A stretch of DNA of 51,046 nucleotides from a virus (taxonomy: Duplodnaviria; Caudoviricetes), in IMG/VR virus record IMGVR_UViG_3300032261_000008, positions 1-51,046 of that record; one strand, 5' to 3'. Below the pieces are notes generated by a model. It saw only the letters and a program-made list of their open reading frames with translations. It did no database searches and was not told the DNA's origin. Below are positions 7,176 through 15,611 of this stretch, in pieces. The position numbers were made by a program, and so were the translations under genes. Each line of letters starts with the position of its first letter. Within the stretch, counting starts at the first letter, position 1.

Positions 7176-8477
7176 ATGGCGCATGAACAGCTTGTAAAAA
7201 ACAAAGTTCTTCTATGTCCGGGCGATGCTTGGCATTTTTTGAAAGATACTCCAGACAACAGATATGATGCGGTCGTGACCGACCCGCCTTATGAATTGGG
7301 TTTCATGGGCAAAGACTGGGATCGTCGCGGCATTGCGTTTGATGCAATGTTCTGGGCTGAAGTGCTTCGTGTTCTCAAGCCTGGTGGCCACCTTACAGCA
7401 TTTGGTGCCTCTCGCAATTATCATAGGATGGCCTGTGCGATCGAGGATGCAGGCTTTGAGGTTCGCGATAGCCTGATGTGGATCTTTGGGACGGGGTTCC
7501 CGAAGTCACATGACATCAGCAAAGGGATCGATAAAGCGGCAGGGGCGGTACAGGAAGTTGTCGGTACTCGACCCAATGCCGTGCCATCTTATAGAAATAG
7601 CGCCAAAGGCGACGGCACAAAAACCAATGACGGGCGCGACGCCGCCAACTGGGATGAATATAAGGCGCGCAGCACAAAGAATATTACTATCGCGTCAACC
7701 GCCGCCGCCCGCGAATGGCAAGGTTTCGGCACATCTCTAAAGCCAGCATTCGAGCCCATCGTTCTCGCGCGCAAGCCGCTGTCGGAAAAGACCGTTGCCG
7801 CCAACGTGCTGCGCTGGGGAACGGGGGCGATCAATGTTGATGGGTGTCGGGTTGGCATTCGAGAGAAGCCGAAAGTAACTAATCCTAAACGCACTTCGAA
7901 CACCTATGGTGCAATTGAATCGCCGGGCGGAAAACTACTACCGGATAGCCGCTGGCCGGCTAATATCTGCCACGACGGCAGCGACGAAGTGGTGGGGATG
8001 TTTCCGATGACCGGGCCGAGCAATGTGCGCCGCTCCGAAAACGAAGACATCGCTCAATCGACTTGGGCGTTAGGACGTACAGGCATCACGCCGAGGGGCG
8101 TATCGGATAACGGCGGCTCCGCCGCCCGCTTTTTCTACAGCGCAAAAGCTGATAGCAATGATCGCATCGCTTCCAAACATCCGACTGTAAAACCTATCGA
8201 CTTGATGCGATGGTTGATCCGTCTTGTAACGCCCCCCAATGGCTTAATATTGGACCCGTTTGCAGGAACTGGAACAACGGCCATTGCTGCGCTCTATGAA
8301 GGTATGCGATGCGTCTTGGTCGAGAATGAAAAAGAATACCAGGATGATATCAAACGCCGCATGAAATTATACGGAATGGGACCGGACCAATACGCCTATG
8401 AATTAGCGAAGTTGAAACCAGTCGACCTTGGACCACTTTTTTCTTATTCCAATATTTCTGCACTCGATGGCAAATGA
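7176..8477 (+). CDS. DNA N6-adenine/N4-cytosine methyltransferase (beta class)
   Basis: TDPPY catalytic motif before LDPFAGTGTT SAM motif; HPTVKP; GFPKS. Confidence 0.95.
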   Translation: MAHEQLVKNKVLLCPGDAWHFLKDTPDNRYDAVVTDPPYELGFMGKDWDRRGIAFDAMFWAEVLRVLKPGGHLTAFGASRNYHRMACAIEDAGFEVRDSLMWIFGTGFPKSHDISKGIDKAAGAVQEVVGTRPNAVPSYRNSAKGDGTKTNDGRDAANWDEYKARSTKNITIASTAAAREWQGFGTSLKPAFEPIVLARKPLSEKTVAANVLRWGTGAINVDGCRVGIREKPKVTNPKRTSNTYGAIESPGGKLLPDSRWPANICHDGSDEVVGMFPMTGPSNVRRSENEDIAQSTWALGRTGITPRGVSDNGGSAARFFYSAKADSNDRIASKHPTVKPIDLMRWLIRLVTPPNGLILDPFAGTGTTAIAALYEGMRCVLVENEKEYQDDIKRRMKLYGMGPDQYAYELAKLKPVDLGPLFSYSNISALDGK

Positions 8478-8953
8478 TAAGCCTTCGCTCGGTTCCATAT
8501 TTTTAGAACCTTGAACTGGTCTTGGTGAAATATCCCGAACTGACTGTCGGGGGGGTCGTTGACCTTGATCGCGTACGGCTGCAGATCAAAAGGAAAGGGA
8601 ATTTCCAGAATTGAGTAAGCGTCTATCTTCTTTTCGTCCTCGCTTACGAAACCATAAAGAAAATACTTCACGGTCCCCTTTCTGATCTTGTCAATCTCAG
8701 TCAGCGTACCATTGGGGCGAGACCATCTGATCGTGATATCGAATGGATGAGCAATAAGCCACTTGGCTGTGCGCAGCCGAAGCGCGCACCTGATCGTCGG
8801 AGCCGCCAGCACAAAAAAGTCCGTCGCTTCTTTCTGATCGGCCCACTGGTCCTGAATAAAGCTTGAAGCATCCAACCCGAAGAACCGGCCAAGAATGCGC
8901 TTGACCATATCGGCATGATGCTTTTCCAGGCGCATGTCATCCTGAACAGTCAT
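8444..8953 (-). CDS. Hypothetical protein, possible PD-(D/E)XK-like nuclease fold
   Basis: D...ATDFFVL...CALRLR...DITIR...TEIDKI pattern; coupled to the MT-A70 gene. Confidence 0.55.
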   Translation of the reverse strand: MTVQDDMRLEKHHADMVKRILGRFFGLDASSFIQDQWADQKEATDFFVLAAPTIRCALRLRTAKWLIAHPFDITIRWSRPNGTLTEIDKIRKGTVKYFLYGFVSEDEKKIDAYSILEIPFPFDLQPYAIKVNDPPDSQFGIFHQDQFKVLKIWNRAKAYHLPSSAEILE

Positions 8954-10038
8954 TCGGCTGCTCTCTTGAATTTCGCCGTCTCATTGCCAAACTGAGCAAA
9001 ACCTGGATGCTGTTCACGAGAAAAAACATCCAGCCGTGATCCAGCTGTGACCCGCGCAATGAGTTCGTAGAATTCCTTCGGCTTGCGCGAGTGTTCACGC
9101 CGCGGCCATTCATTACAGACAAAGAAATTTTTCGTGTCAACAAAGACCGGCGTACCCTTCCGAGCATAGACGATGAACTCGGCATTATACTGGGGCAGAT
9201 CATGCGGTTGAAACCCGCCAGGCTTGTGCCAGATCATTGTCAGCACATACCGCAGCGACAATTGATCCAGTATAGCGAGGCAGGACGGCAGATATTTCTC
9301 TGTCGTCCACCAGAAAATATGAGCATCCAGCTTTAGCCTCGGCGCAATTTCTCTTTCCCAGTGAGCCTTAATTTCATCAAGCTTCATGACGGGATAGTCG
9401 AAGGCATCCTGGTTGGGTCTGACATCACGATCGATCTTCTGCATGTACCATGGCGGATCACTCACGACCACGTCGAACGGTCCTTCTGCGGAAAATGCCG
9501 CAGCCATGATCTTCCTTTTCATTTTCGCCTTGTTGTGCTGCCGGTGCTTTTGAAGGACCGCATTCGGGTTTACTGCCTTACCTTCATCGACAAGTTCTCT
9601 GCAATACCGGTCCTGCACAGGTTCTGGAATTTCATTCAGCTTTGTAGCCCGCGCCGATCGCTTATAACCAATGCCCATCTCGGCCCGCGTTGGGATGTTC
9701 TTTTCTGGCACTTCCACTAGGGCCATGCCAGTAATTAACCCGCGCTGCCCACGTTTCCCTGGCTTCGCACCTCGTATCTGCCCTTGTGTCCCCTTGGCCT
9801 TCCCGATGATAGTTAATTCCCGAGCAAGACGTAATTCAGCCTTGACCCAGATCTCACCTGCTTTATTGGCCACATCACTCACTGCGGAATATTTCCTCTG
9901 AACTTCCTTCGCCTCGACAATTACCGCGTCGAGTTCAGATAATGTTCGCGCCCCTTTGATCTCTATAGCGAGACGTTCCAATGCCTTGAGAACTTTTGGC
10001 ACTTCTGCAAATGTCTTGAATGAAACAATTTTCCCCAT
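8950..10038 (-). CDS. MT-A70-family adenine methyltransferase with N-terminal extension
   Basis: FDVVVSDPPW, YPVM, WHKP, HSRKP, RLDVFSR, FGNE motifs. Confidence 0.92.
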   Translation of the reverse strand: MGKIVSFKTFAEVPKVLKALERLAIEIKGARTLSELDAVIVEAKEVQRKYSAVSDVANKAGEIWVKAELRLARELTIIGKAKGTQGQIRGAKPGKRGQRGLITGMALVEVPEKNIPTRAEMGIGYKRSARATKLNEIPEPVQDRYCRELVDEGKAVNPNAVLQKHRQHNKAKMKRKIMAAAFSAEGPFDVVVSDPPWYMQKIDRDVRPNQDAFDYPVMKLDEIKAHWEREIAPRLKLDAHIFWWTTEKYLPSCLAILDQLSLRYVLTMIWHKPGGFQPHDLPQYNAEFIVYARKGTPVFVDTKNFFVCNEWPRREHSRKPKEFYELIARVTAGSRLDVFSREQHPGFAQFGNETAKFKRAAE

Positions 10039-10039
10039 A

Positions 10040-10519
10040 TTACCAATTCCTCCCTATTGGTGGTCTTATCGCCCACCAGGCCAATAACATCGCCTCGGCC
10101 CTGTTGTGATCTCGTTTGCGAGGCAGGAAGTTTTCGAGATGAGGCCATAGCCTGAGCGCCAACCCGCGGGATGCTTCCTTGTCTTCACTGATCAGCTTAA
10201 AATAGCTTTTCCATGTCTGCGGCGCGACCAGTTCGAGCGGCGCACCAGTCGCTATGATGCTGGCCGCTTTGAGCATCCCATAGGTCACGCCGAAGCGGAA
10301 TGACCCGACACGACCATCGCGCGGCATCGAATGGACTTCCTCGATGACAACGCGCTGTGGCATCAGACGATACATCCAAGGCCACAGCGCGCCGACATTG
10401 ATCTCCCGCCGCTTGCCGACATTGAGGGTCGGAAGATCAATGACATCAGCGAACTCGCCATTGGTCGGGTCTAGCGCAGCGGCGGCCCCATCAATACCAG
10501 GATCGATCGCGATGATCAC
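10040..10519 (-). CDS. RuvC-like Holliday junction resolvase
   Basis: IAIDPG, VIEEV, FG..YG, PQTWK, DHNRAEA. Confidence 0.9.
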   Translation of the reverse strand: MIIAIDPGIDGAAAALDPTNGEFADVIDLPTLNVGKRREINVGALWPWMYRLMPQRVVIEEVHSMPRDGRVGSFRFGVTYGMLKAASIIATGAPLELVAPQTWKSYFKLISEDKEASRGLALRLWPHLENFLPRKRDHNRAEAMLLAWWAIRPPIGRNW

Positions 10520-11220
10520 GCCGCAGGTTCTTGACGCTTGGTAAACAGCGGACGCTCTTCCACGACGTCAGCCACAGCCTTGATCTGATGCGCTCTGAAC
10601 TGCGATCGCGTCATCGAGACACCAGAAGAGACCGGTACCTCTTCCTCATCAAGCTTTTTGAACCCTTTGGTAAGCTCTTCTTGATGATCGTGAAAGCCGC
10701 GCATGTAGGCATCATATCCAGGCGTGCCGGGTGCGTAGACCGGCGATGCCGGCTCGCCGGTACGACTGGCTTCCTCACCATCGGCATAGGCCATCATCTC
10801 AACATCATGACTGTCTTCTTCCTGCATGAACAGATCTAGCTGCTTGCCGAGGGAATACCCAAGCCAGCCAGCGATCGTGCAGTCTCGTGCGATCTGCATT
10901 TTGATCTGTTTCTCGCCTGCTTCCGCTTGCAGTCGGAAAGCCATGTCGAAGTCGCGCTGTAAAAACCCGTCCGCTTTGGCTGACTTGTACCCGTTGCGCA
11001 CGTTTGACTGCGCCGTCGCCAACGCAGCTTTGAGCTTTGCTATTTTGGGGAGATGAACATCGAGAAACAATTTCTTTGCCTCGGCATCCACCTTGGCATT
11101 GCGCCGAAGCGCGATCTCCGGGGCCCTGTCTATAGTCCTGGCAGACCTCATTGCCGCTTTGCGCTTGATGCCGGCCGGTATGCGCTTCGCTTTTGCTTTC
11201 TTGGTAGCTCGCTGTTTCAT
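10516..11220 (-). CDS. GapR/UPF0335-like DNA-binding protein with an RMF-like C-terminal motif
   Basis: VRNGYKSAKADGF resembles the GapR KDVYAEAKxxGF motif; AYADGEEA...PVY...AYMRGF resembles the RMF-type motif; start set at MKQR after GGAG. Confidence 0.6.
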   Translation of the reverse strand: MKQRATKKAKAKRIPAGIKRKAAMRSARTIDRAPEIALRRNAKVDAEAKKLFLDVHLPKIAKLKAALATAQSNVRNGYKSAKADGFLQRDFDMAFRLQAEAGEKQIKMQIARDCTIAGWLGYSLGKQLDLFMQEEDSHDVEMMAYADGEEASRTGEPASPVYAPGTPGYDAYMRGFHDHQEELTKGFKKLDEEEVPVSSGVSMTRSQFRAHQIKAVADVVEERPLFTKRQEPAA

Positions 11221-11254
11221 CGATGTCTCCGTCATGTGAGTAGGGAAGGGCGGA

Positions 11255-11287
11255 CCCGGCAGCACCTGGGGGGACACTGCTGCCGGG
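11255..11287 (-). terminator. GC-rich hairpin between cro-like and GapR-like genes (terminator/attenuator)
   Basis: CCCGGCAGCA / TGCTGCCGGG 10-bp arms; weak U-tract. Confidence 0.4.
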
Positions 11288-11347
11288 CCCTATCGCGGCC
11301 TTCTATCCGTCCGAGGGGGGCACGACGAACGGACTTCCAGCCCCGAA

Positions 11348-11563
11348 TTACGTATAGTCGGAAGGTCGCAGATGTTCCCGGGAAATACCAATGGCCTTAG
11401 ACAATTTTGTCACATGCTTCAACGGGATCACCTTCCACCTGGTTATGGCCTGTCTGCTGATCCCCAATATCTCGGCGAGCTGCACTCGGGTATACCCGCG
11501 CCTAAGCAGGTTCCGATATGCCTCTCTATCGTTTCTGTGGATAACTTGCCAATTACTGCCCAT
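11348..11563 (-). CDS. Cro/YdaS-like HTH transcriptional regulator
   Basis: QLAEILGISRQAITRW HTH and terminal LRP motif; at the divergence point. Confidence 0.85.
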   Translation of the reverse strand: MGSNWQVIHRNDREAYRNLLRRGYTRVQLAEILGISRQAITRWKVIPLKHVTKLSKAIGISREHLRPSDYT

Positions 11564-11655
11564 GCCACATTATGCCGATGCAAAGCTATGTTGACAAGAA
11601 CAATACATCCGTTTACGAAAGACCCATGGGCCACAGGGGCCCGCTGGAGCATCAC
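11535..11655 (+). promoter_or_regulatory. Early promoter module: DnaA box 11536..11544, -35 TTGACA 11591, 17 bp, -10 TACGAA, hairpin GGGCC-ACAGG-GGCCC 11628..11642, GAGCATCAC 11647..11655
   Basis: All elements read directly; the stem shows a compensatory change. Confidence 0.85.
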
Positions 11656-11880
11656 ATGTCTGACTTCCCCACCATGATCATCGAACTGAACGACAATTCT
11701 TTCTGGCAAGTTCGCGAGACCGGTTCTGCCGATCTTGCTCACGTCTGGCTCGGTGTTCAGGGCCGCTTCAATGCCAAGACCAAGGTCTTCACACCAAAGC
11801 CGAACCGCAAAGGCTCAGGCAACCGTCCCCGGCTAGTTTCCAAAGCTCACTGCTATCGCGTTCACGTGGCTGCCAATTAG
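11656..11880 (+). CDS. Hypothetical early protein (74 aa, MSDFPTMIIELND...)
   Basis: Start moved to the ATG after GGAGCATCAC; basic C-terminus. Confidence 0.8.
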   Translation: MSDFPTMIIELNDNSFWQVRETGSADLAHVWLGVQGRFNAKTKVFTPKPNRKGSGNRPRLVSKAHCYRVHVAAN

Positions 11881-11897
11881 GCAGCCACTTCCTTTCC
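11866..11897 (+). terminator. Intrinsic terminator-like hairpin after the first rightward gene
   Basis: GTGGCTGCC-AATTA-GGCAGCCAC + TTCCTTTCC. Confidence 0.55.
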
Positions 11898-11928
11898 TCA
11901 TTCCCGCAACCAACACCGAGCATCACCC

Positions 11929-12093
11929 ATGTTTACCGTTGAAACCTCGAATGGCCAATATGCCAAATTTTTCAGCCTCCAGGACGCCAAACGGTTCGCC
12001 GAAAACCTCAGGGAACTGACCGGCAGGAACTATGACATTTACAAGCATGAGATGGTCTGGACGACGTCGCTGCTGGAGGAGGCATACCCATGA
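11929..12093 (+). CDS. Hypothetical protein (54 aa, MFTVETSNGQ...; not in ORF track)
   Basis: GAGCATCAC at 11918..11926 precedes the ATG. Confidence 0.7.
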   Translation: MFTVETSNGQYAKFFSLQDAKRFAENLRELTGRNYDIYKHEMVWTTSLLEEAYP

Positions 12094-12188
12094 AAAAGGA
12101 TCTTCTTGTCGACATCGGAATATGCCTGTTCCAAGCTGCCTGCGTTACCGTCATCATCATCGCCCTAGCAACTTTGATCGGAGTCTGA
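12090..12188 (+). CDS. Small single-TM membrane peptide (32 aa)
   Basis: ATGA overlap, GGAGG RBS, MKKDLLVDIGICLFQAACVTVIIIALATLIGV. Confidence 0.6.
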   Translation: MKKDLLVDIGICLFQAACVTVIIIALATLIGV

Positions 12189-12189
12189 C

Positions 12190-13086
12190 ATGTCAAACGT
12201 TGAAACCCGCGGCATTGGCGACAACGTCAACGTCGATCAAGCCAAGATCGTCACCAACCGCTTAGAACTCGACTATGCGGAAAGCGTCAAGCGGGTCCAC
12301 AAATTGTGCGATGAAGCCCTCGCCCAGCCTGACGTCGTCCTCAGTGATCAGACTGCCCTGCAGCTGGGCGCCCTAATCAAACGCATCCGCGATCATGATC
12401 GCAAACTTGAAGCCTTTCGTGTCGCCGAGAAAGACCCTTATTTGCGCGCCGAACAGGGGGTCGACACTTTCTTCTTTTCGCTTCGTGATCTTTTGACAAG
12501 ACGGAATAAAAATGACCGCGCGGTGAAGCCCGGTGCAGCCGATGATCTGCAGGCGCGGATCGACCGCTGGCAGGATGAAAAAGCGGCCAAGGAAAAGGCT
12601 CGCCTGGAAGCCGAGCGCCAACGCGCCGAGCGTGAGGCCGCGGAAGAAGCCGCTAAGCTAGCCGCGGCACAGGCAGAAGCTGATGAGGCTGCCCGGGCGG
12701 CTAGCCGGGCCAGGTCCTATCAGAAAAAAAACCAACTCGCCGAATTGGCTCGCGATGCTTCCGACCGTGAGGCGGATGCCAAGGCGGCGGCCGATCTTGC
12801 GGCCATCAGGGCCGAGGAGGCCCGCGTAGCTACGCTGGCCAAGCCGGCTGACTTGGTCAGAGTCCGTGGCAATGATGCCAATGGAGGCGGTGTCACACTG
12901 ACAGCCGCGCGCGAGGGCTACGCTATCCTCATCGATCGCAACAAACTCGATCTCAATGCCATACTTCCGTATCTTACCGATAGCGAGCTTGAGAAAGCAT
13001 TGCGCGGGTTTGCCAAAGCCACTGGCTACGTGAAGCAACTTCCCGGCGCCGAGATCGGCTTCAAAAATAGAGGGGTGACCCGCTAA
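12190..13086 (+). CDS. Coiled-coil recombination-module protein (Gam/Gp157-like position)
   Basis: RGIGDN N-terminus, long Ala/Glu coiled coil, LPGAEI C-terminus. Confidence 0.7.
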   Translation: MSNVETRGIGDNVNVDQAKIVTNRLELDYAESVKRVHKLCDEALAQPDVVLSDQTALQLGALIKRIRDHDRKLEAFRVAEKDPYLRAEQGVDTFFFSLRDLLTRRNKNDRAVKPGAADDLQARIDRWQDEKAAKEKARLEAERQRAEREAAEEAAKLAAAQAEADEAARAASRARSYQKKNQLAELARDASDREADAKAAADLAAIRAEEARVATLAKPADLVRVRGNDANGGGVTLTAAREGYAILIDRNKLDLNAILPYLTDSELEKALRGFAKATGYVKQLPGAEIGFKNRGVTR

Positions 13087-13346
13087 TGTCTATGCAGCAA
13101 GATATCAACAACAAAGTTGAGGCTGAGTTTAGCCGATGGTTGATCACCTCGGTGGATCTTTACAGAACGGCTGACCTTCCTTTCGAAGCATCAACCGAGC
13201 ATATAACATCCCTCATGTTGACGGGCGCGCTCTCGGCGCTGATGGCCAACATGAAAGGCCCGAAAAATAAAAAGCTGAAAAAAATACACGCCGCTATTGA
13301 TACCGCATTCGAAATAGCCTGTAAGCGCGCGGATAAGGAACTTTAA
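13086..13346 (+). CDS. Hypothetical protein (86 aa)
   Basis: TAATG overlap with the upstream gene. Confidence 0.7.
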   Translation: MSMQQDINNKVEAEFSRWLITSVDLYRTADLPFEASTEHITSLMLTGALSALMANMKGPKNKKLKKIHAAIDTAFEIACKRADKEL

Positions 13347-13409
13347 AACAATGAAACGCCCATACATTCCGCTGCACGCGCCGGTAAAGAGGAAGAAGAT
13401 TGTCTAACC

Positions 13410-13895
13410 ATGAAACGACCAAATGTTCCTTTCCGAATAAGACTTAAGGTGCTCGAAAGACAAGTTTTCCTCGACCGCAAATTTTTGAACGAGGATGAGA
13501 GGGAAGCATATCGCGAATGGTGCAATCTGCGCTGCCACGGCAAGAACATGCGTTGCAAGATACGCATCCTGATCGAGATCTTGTTCGGCGGCAGACAGGT
13601 TGAGCTGGACCATGATCCGGCTCTGGTATTACGACGCAGGAATAAGCGCACAGGTGACTATATACCTGCTGCTAACAATCCTCGCTTTCTCGTGTATCGG
13701 ACTAAACCTGATCACCTGCGCAAGACTATTGGGCGAGCTACCGGCGCTGAACGAACCGTCACAAGCAAAGGATCGGATCGATGGCTGGCGAAAAAATTCC
13801 AGAAACTGGAACACCCGAAAAAGTCGAAGTCACGGAAGATACCATCGAGATCGTTCCGTCGCGCATCGCCACGACCGGCGCCCTCCTGCCGGTGA
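13410..13895 (+). CDS. Degenerate HNH-like nuclease
   Basis: VELDHDPAL...NNP...HLRKT; basic KIPSRSF tail. Confidence 0.65.
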   Translation: MKRPNVPFRIRLKVLERQVFLDRKFLNEDEREAYREWCNLRCHGKNMRCKIRILIEILFGGRQVELDHDPALVLRRRNKRTGDYIPAANNPRFLVYRTKPDHLRKTIGRATGAERTVTSKGSDRWLAKKFQKLEHPKKSKSRKIPSRSFRRASPRPAPSCR

Positions 13896-14122
13896 TCATC
13901 TGTGACTGTTGCGGAAAAGGGTTTTTGAATTGGCTACCAAGCGGGGTCGATGAGGATCCGCTGTGGTACTGGGACGGAGGCAACGTCGGCGGTTATGTCT
14001 GCGGTGGAGCCCTCAGAATGATCAGCCGCGAAACTGCCATCATGATCGCGGATAATTTTCAAAAGATAGGAGTGGAAGCATGGTTAAGAGGACAACGAAA
14101 GCCGGACGAATTACTGCAATAG
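13892..14122 (+). CDS. Small Cys-containing hypothetical protein
   Basis: GTGA overlap; CDCCG motif. Confidence 0.5.
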   Translation: MIICDCCGKGFLNWLPSGVDEDPLWYWDGGNVGGYVCGGALRMISRETAIMIADNFQKIGVEAWLRGQRKPDELLQ

Positions 14123-14976
14123 TGCCGGCGCACAATGTAGTCGCGATAGATAGCACATCGCGGCTGATGCAGGCCATTGCCATAGCGGCCGCGGACCCGA
14201 AGTGCAATGTGCAGAAGATGCAGGCGCTGCAAAAGATGTTCGAGGACATGGAGGATCGTCTGGCGAAGATCGCCTATGACAATGCACTCGCCGAACTGCA
14301 GGCTGAACTGCCTCAAATAGATCGCACCGGCCGGCTGATCATCCGCAAGAAAGACCCGAAAACCGGCGAGAGAACCGGCCCCATTGACCAGGCGACGGCT
14401 TATGCGAGATGGGAAGACATCATGGATATTCTGCGGCCGGTCCTCAGCCGGTTCAGGTTCTCGCTGTCATTTCGCACCGCCAATGATGATGCCGGACGCA
14501 TCAAGGTAACCGGTGTCCTGGCGCGCAGTGGGCATCGCGAGGAGACTACCATCACGCTACAGCATGATAGCACCGGCTCGAAAAACCCGGTGCAGGCGGT
14601 CGGATCATCCAACTCATACGGCAAACGCTACACTGCTGGACTGCTTCTGAACATCGTCACCTGCGGCGAGGACGATGATGGCGGCACCCGACGCGAGCCT
14701 GCCGGCAGAAAGACAATAAGCCCCGAACAACATGCCGAATTGATCAAACTTGCAGAGGAAGCTGGCGCTGACATCGCACGGTTCTGCGCTATGCTCAAGG
14801 TCGACAGCCTCATCGACATCCCGGCATTGCGGTATGAGGAAGCCAAGGCCCAGCTGTTGCGCAAGAAGAAGGCGAAGGAGAGAAAAGCCGCCGAGGCAAC
14901 CTCTGACTTCCCGGGTGACAGACCTCTCAAGACTGAACCACCCAAGAACGAGTTCACCAAGGGAGGGATGCGATGA
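14080..14976 (+). CDS. ERF-family single-strand annealing protein
   Basis: YARWEDI, GHREET, QAVGSSNSYGKRY, EDDDG. Confidence 0.9.
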   Translation: MVKRTTKAGRITAIVPAHNVVAIDSTSRLMQAIAIAAADPKCNVQKMQALQKMFEDMEDRLAKIAYDNALAELQAELPQIDRTGRLIIRKKDPKTGERTGPIDQATAYARWEDIMDILRPVLSRFRFSLSFRTANDDAGRIKVTGVLARSGHREETTITLQHDSTGSKNPVQAVGSSNSYGKRYTAGLLLNIVTCGEDDDGGTRREPAGRKTISPEQHAELIKLAEEAGADIARFCAMLKVDSLIDIPALRYEEAKAQLLRKKKAKERKAAEATSDFPGDRPLKTEPPKNEFTKGGMR

Positions 14977-15611
14977 AGGTGATGAGAGAAAGACCGTCGA
15001 TGACGTCTCGATATAACATCATTGAGTGCGAGCAGGGATCGCCGGAATGGTACGCCGCCCGGCGCGGCATCCCGACATCAAGTCGCTTCGGCGATATGAT
15101 GGCTATTGGCGAAGGCAAGACACGCCTGCGCTATATGCGTGAATTGGCTGCCGAAGTTATCACCAATGAAACCACCGAGACCTTTTCCAACGAAAAGATG
15201 GAGCGCGGCCGCAAGTTTCAGGCGAGGCTAGAGGCGATGTACCTCTATGACAATGACGATATCCAGGTCGAACACGTCGGCTTTATCCGTTCTACATTGA
15301 TGGCGACGGGCTGCAGCCCGGATGGCTTGATCGGCGATCGGGGCATGGTTGAATTCAAGTCGACCGAGCCTCATTTGCTGGTCGAAATACTGCAGACCGG
15401 AAAAGTCCCGAACCACAGGGCGCAGGTACAGGGCCAGCTCTGGATCACAGGCCGCGAGTGGTGTGATCTCGTGATAGGCTGGCCAAAGATGCCGCTCTCA
15501 GTCACCCGCATCCACCGCGATGAGAGCTATATGGCTGGTCTACGGTTGGAGCTACAACGCTTCAATACCGAACTTGATCTTCTAGTCTCTCAATTGAAAG
15601 CGAAATTATGA
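14973..15611 (+). CDS. YqaJ/lambda-exonuclease-family nuclease
   Basis: QGSPEWYAARRGIPTSS, GCSPDGLI, EFK, QVQGQLW. Confidence 0.93.
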   Translation: MKVMRERPSMTSRYNIIECEQGSPEWYAARRGIPTSSRFGDMMAIGEGKTRLRYMRELAAEVITNETTETFSNEKMERGRKFQARLEAMYLYDNDDIQVEHVGFIRSTLMATGCSPDGLIGDRGMVEFKSTEPHLLVEILQTGKVPNHRAQVQGQLWITGREWCDLVIGWPKMPLSVTRIHRDESYMAGLRLELQRFNTELDLLVSQLKAKL

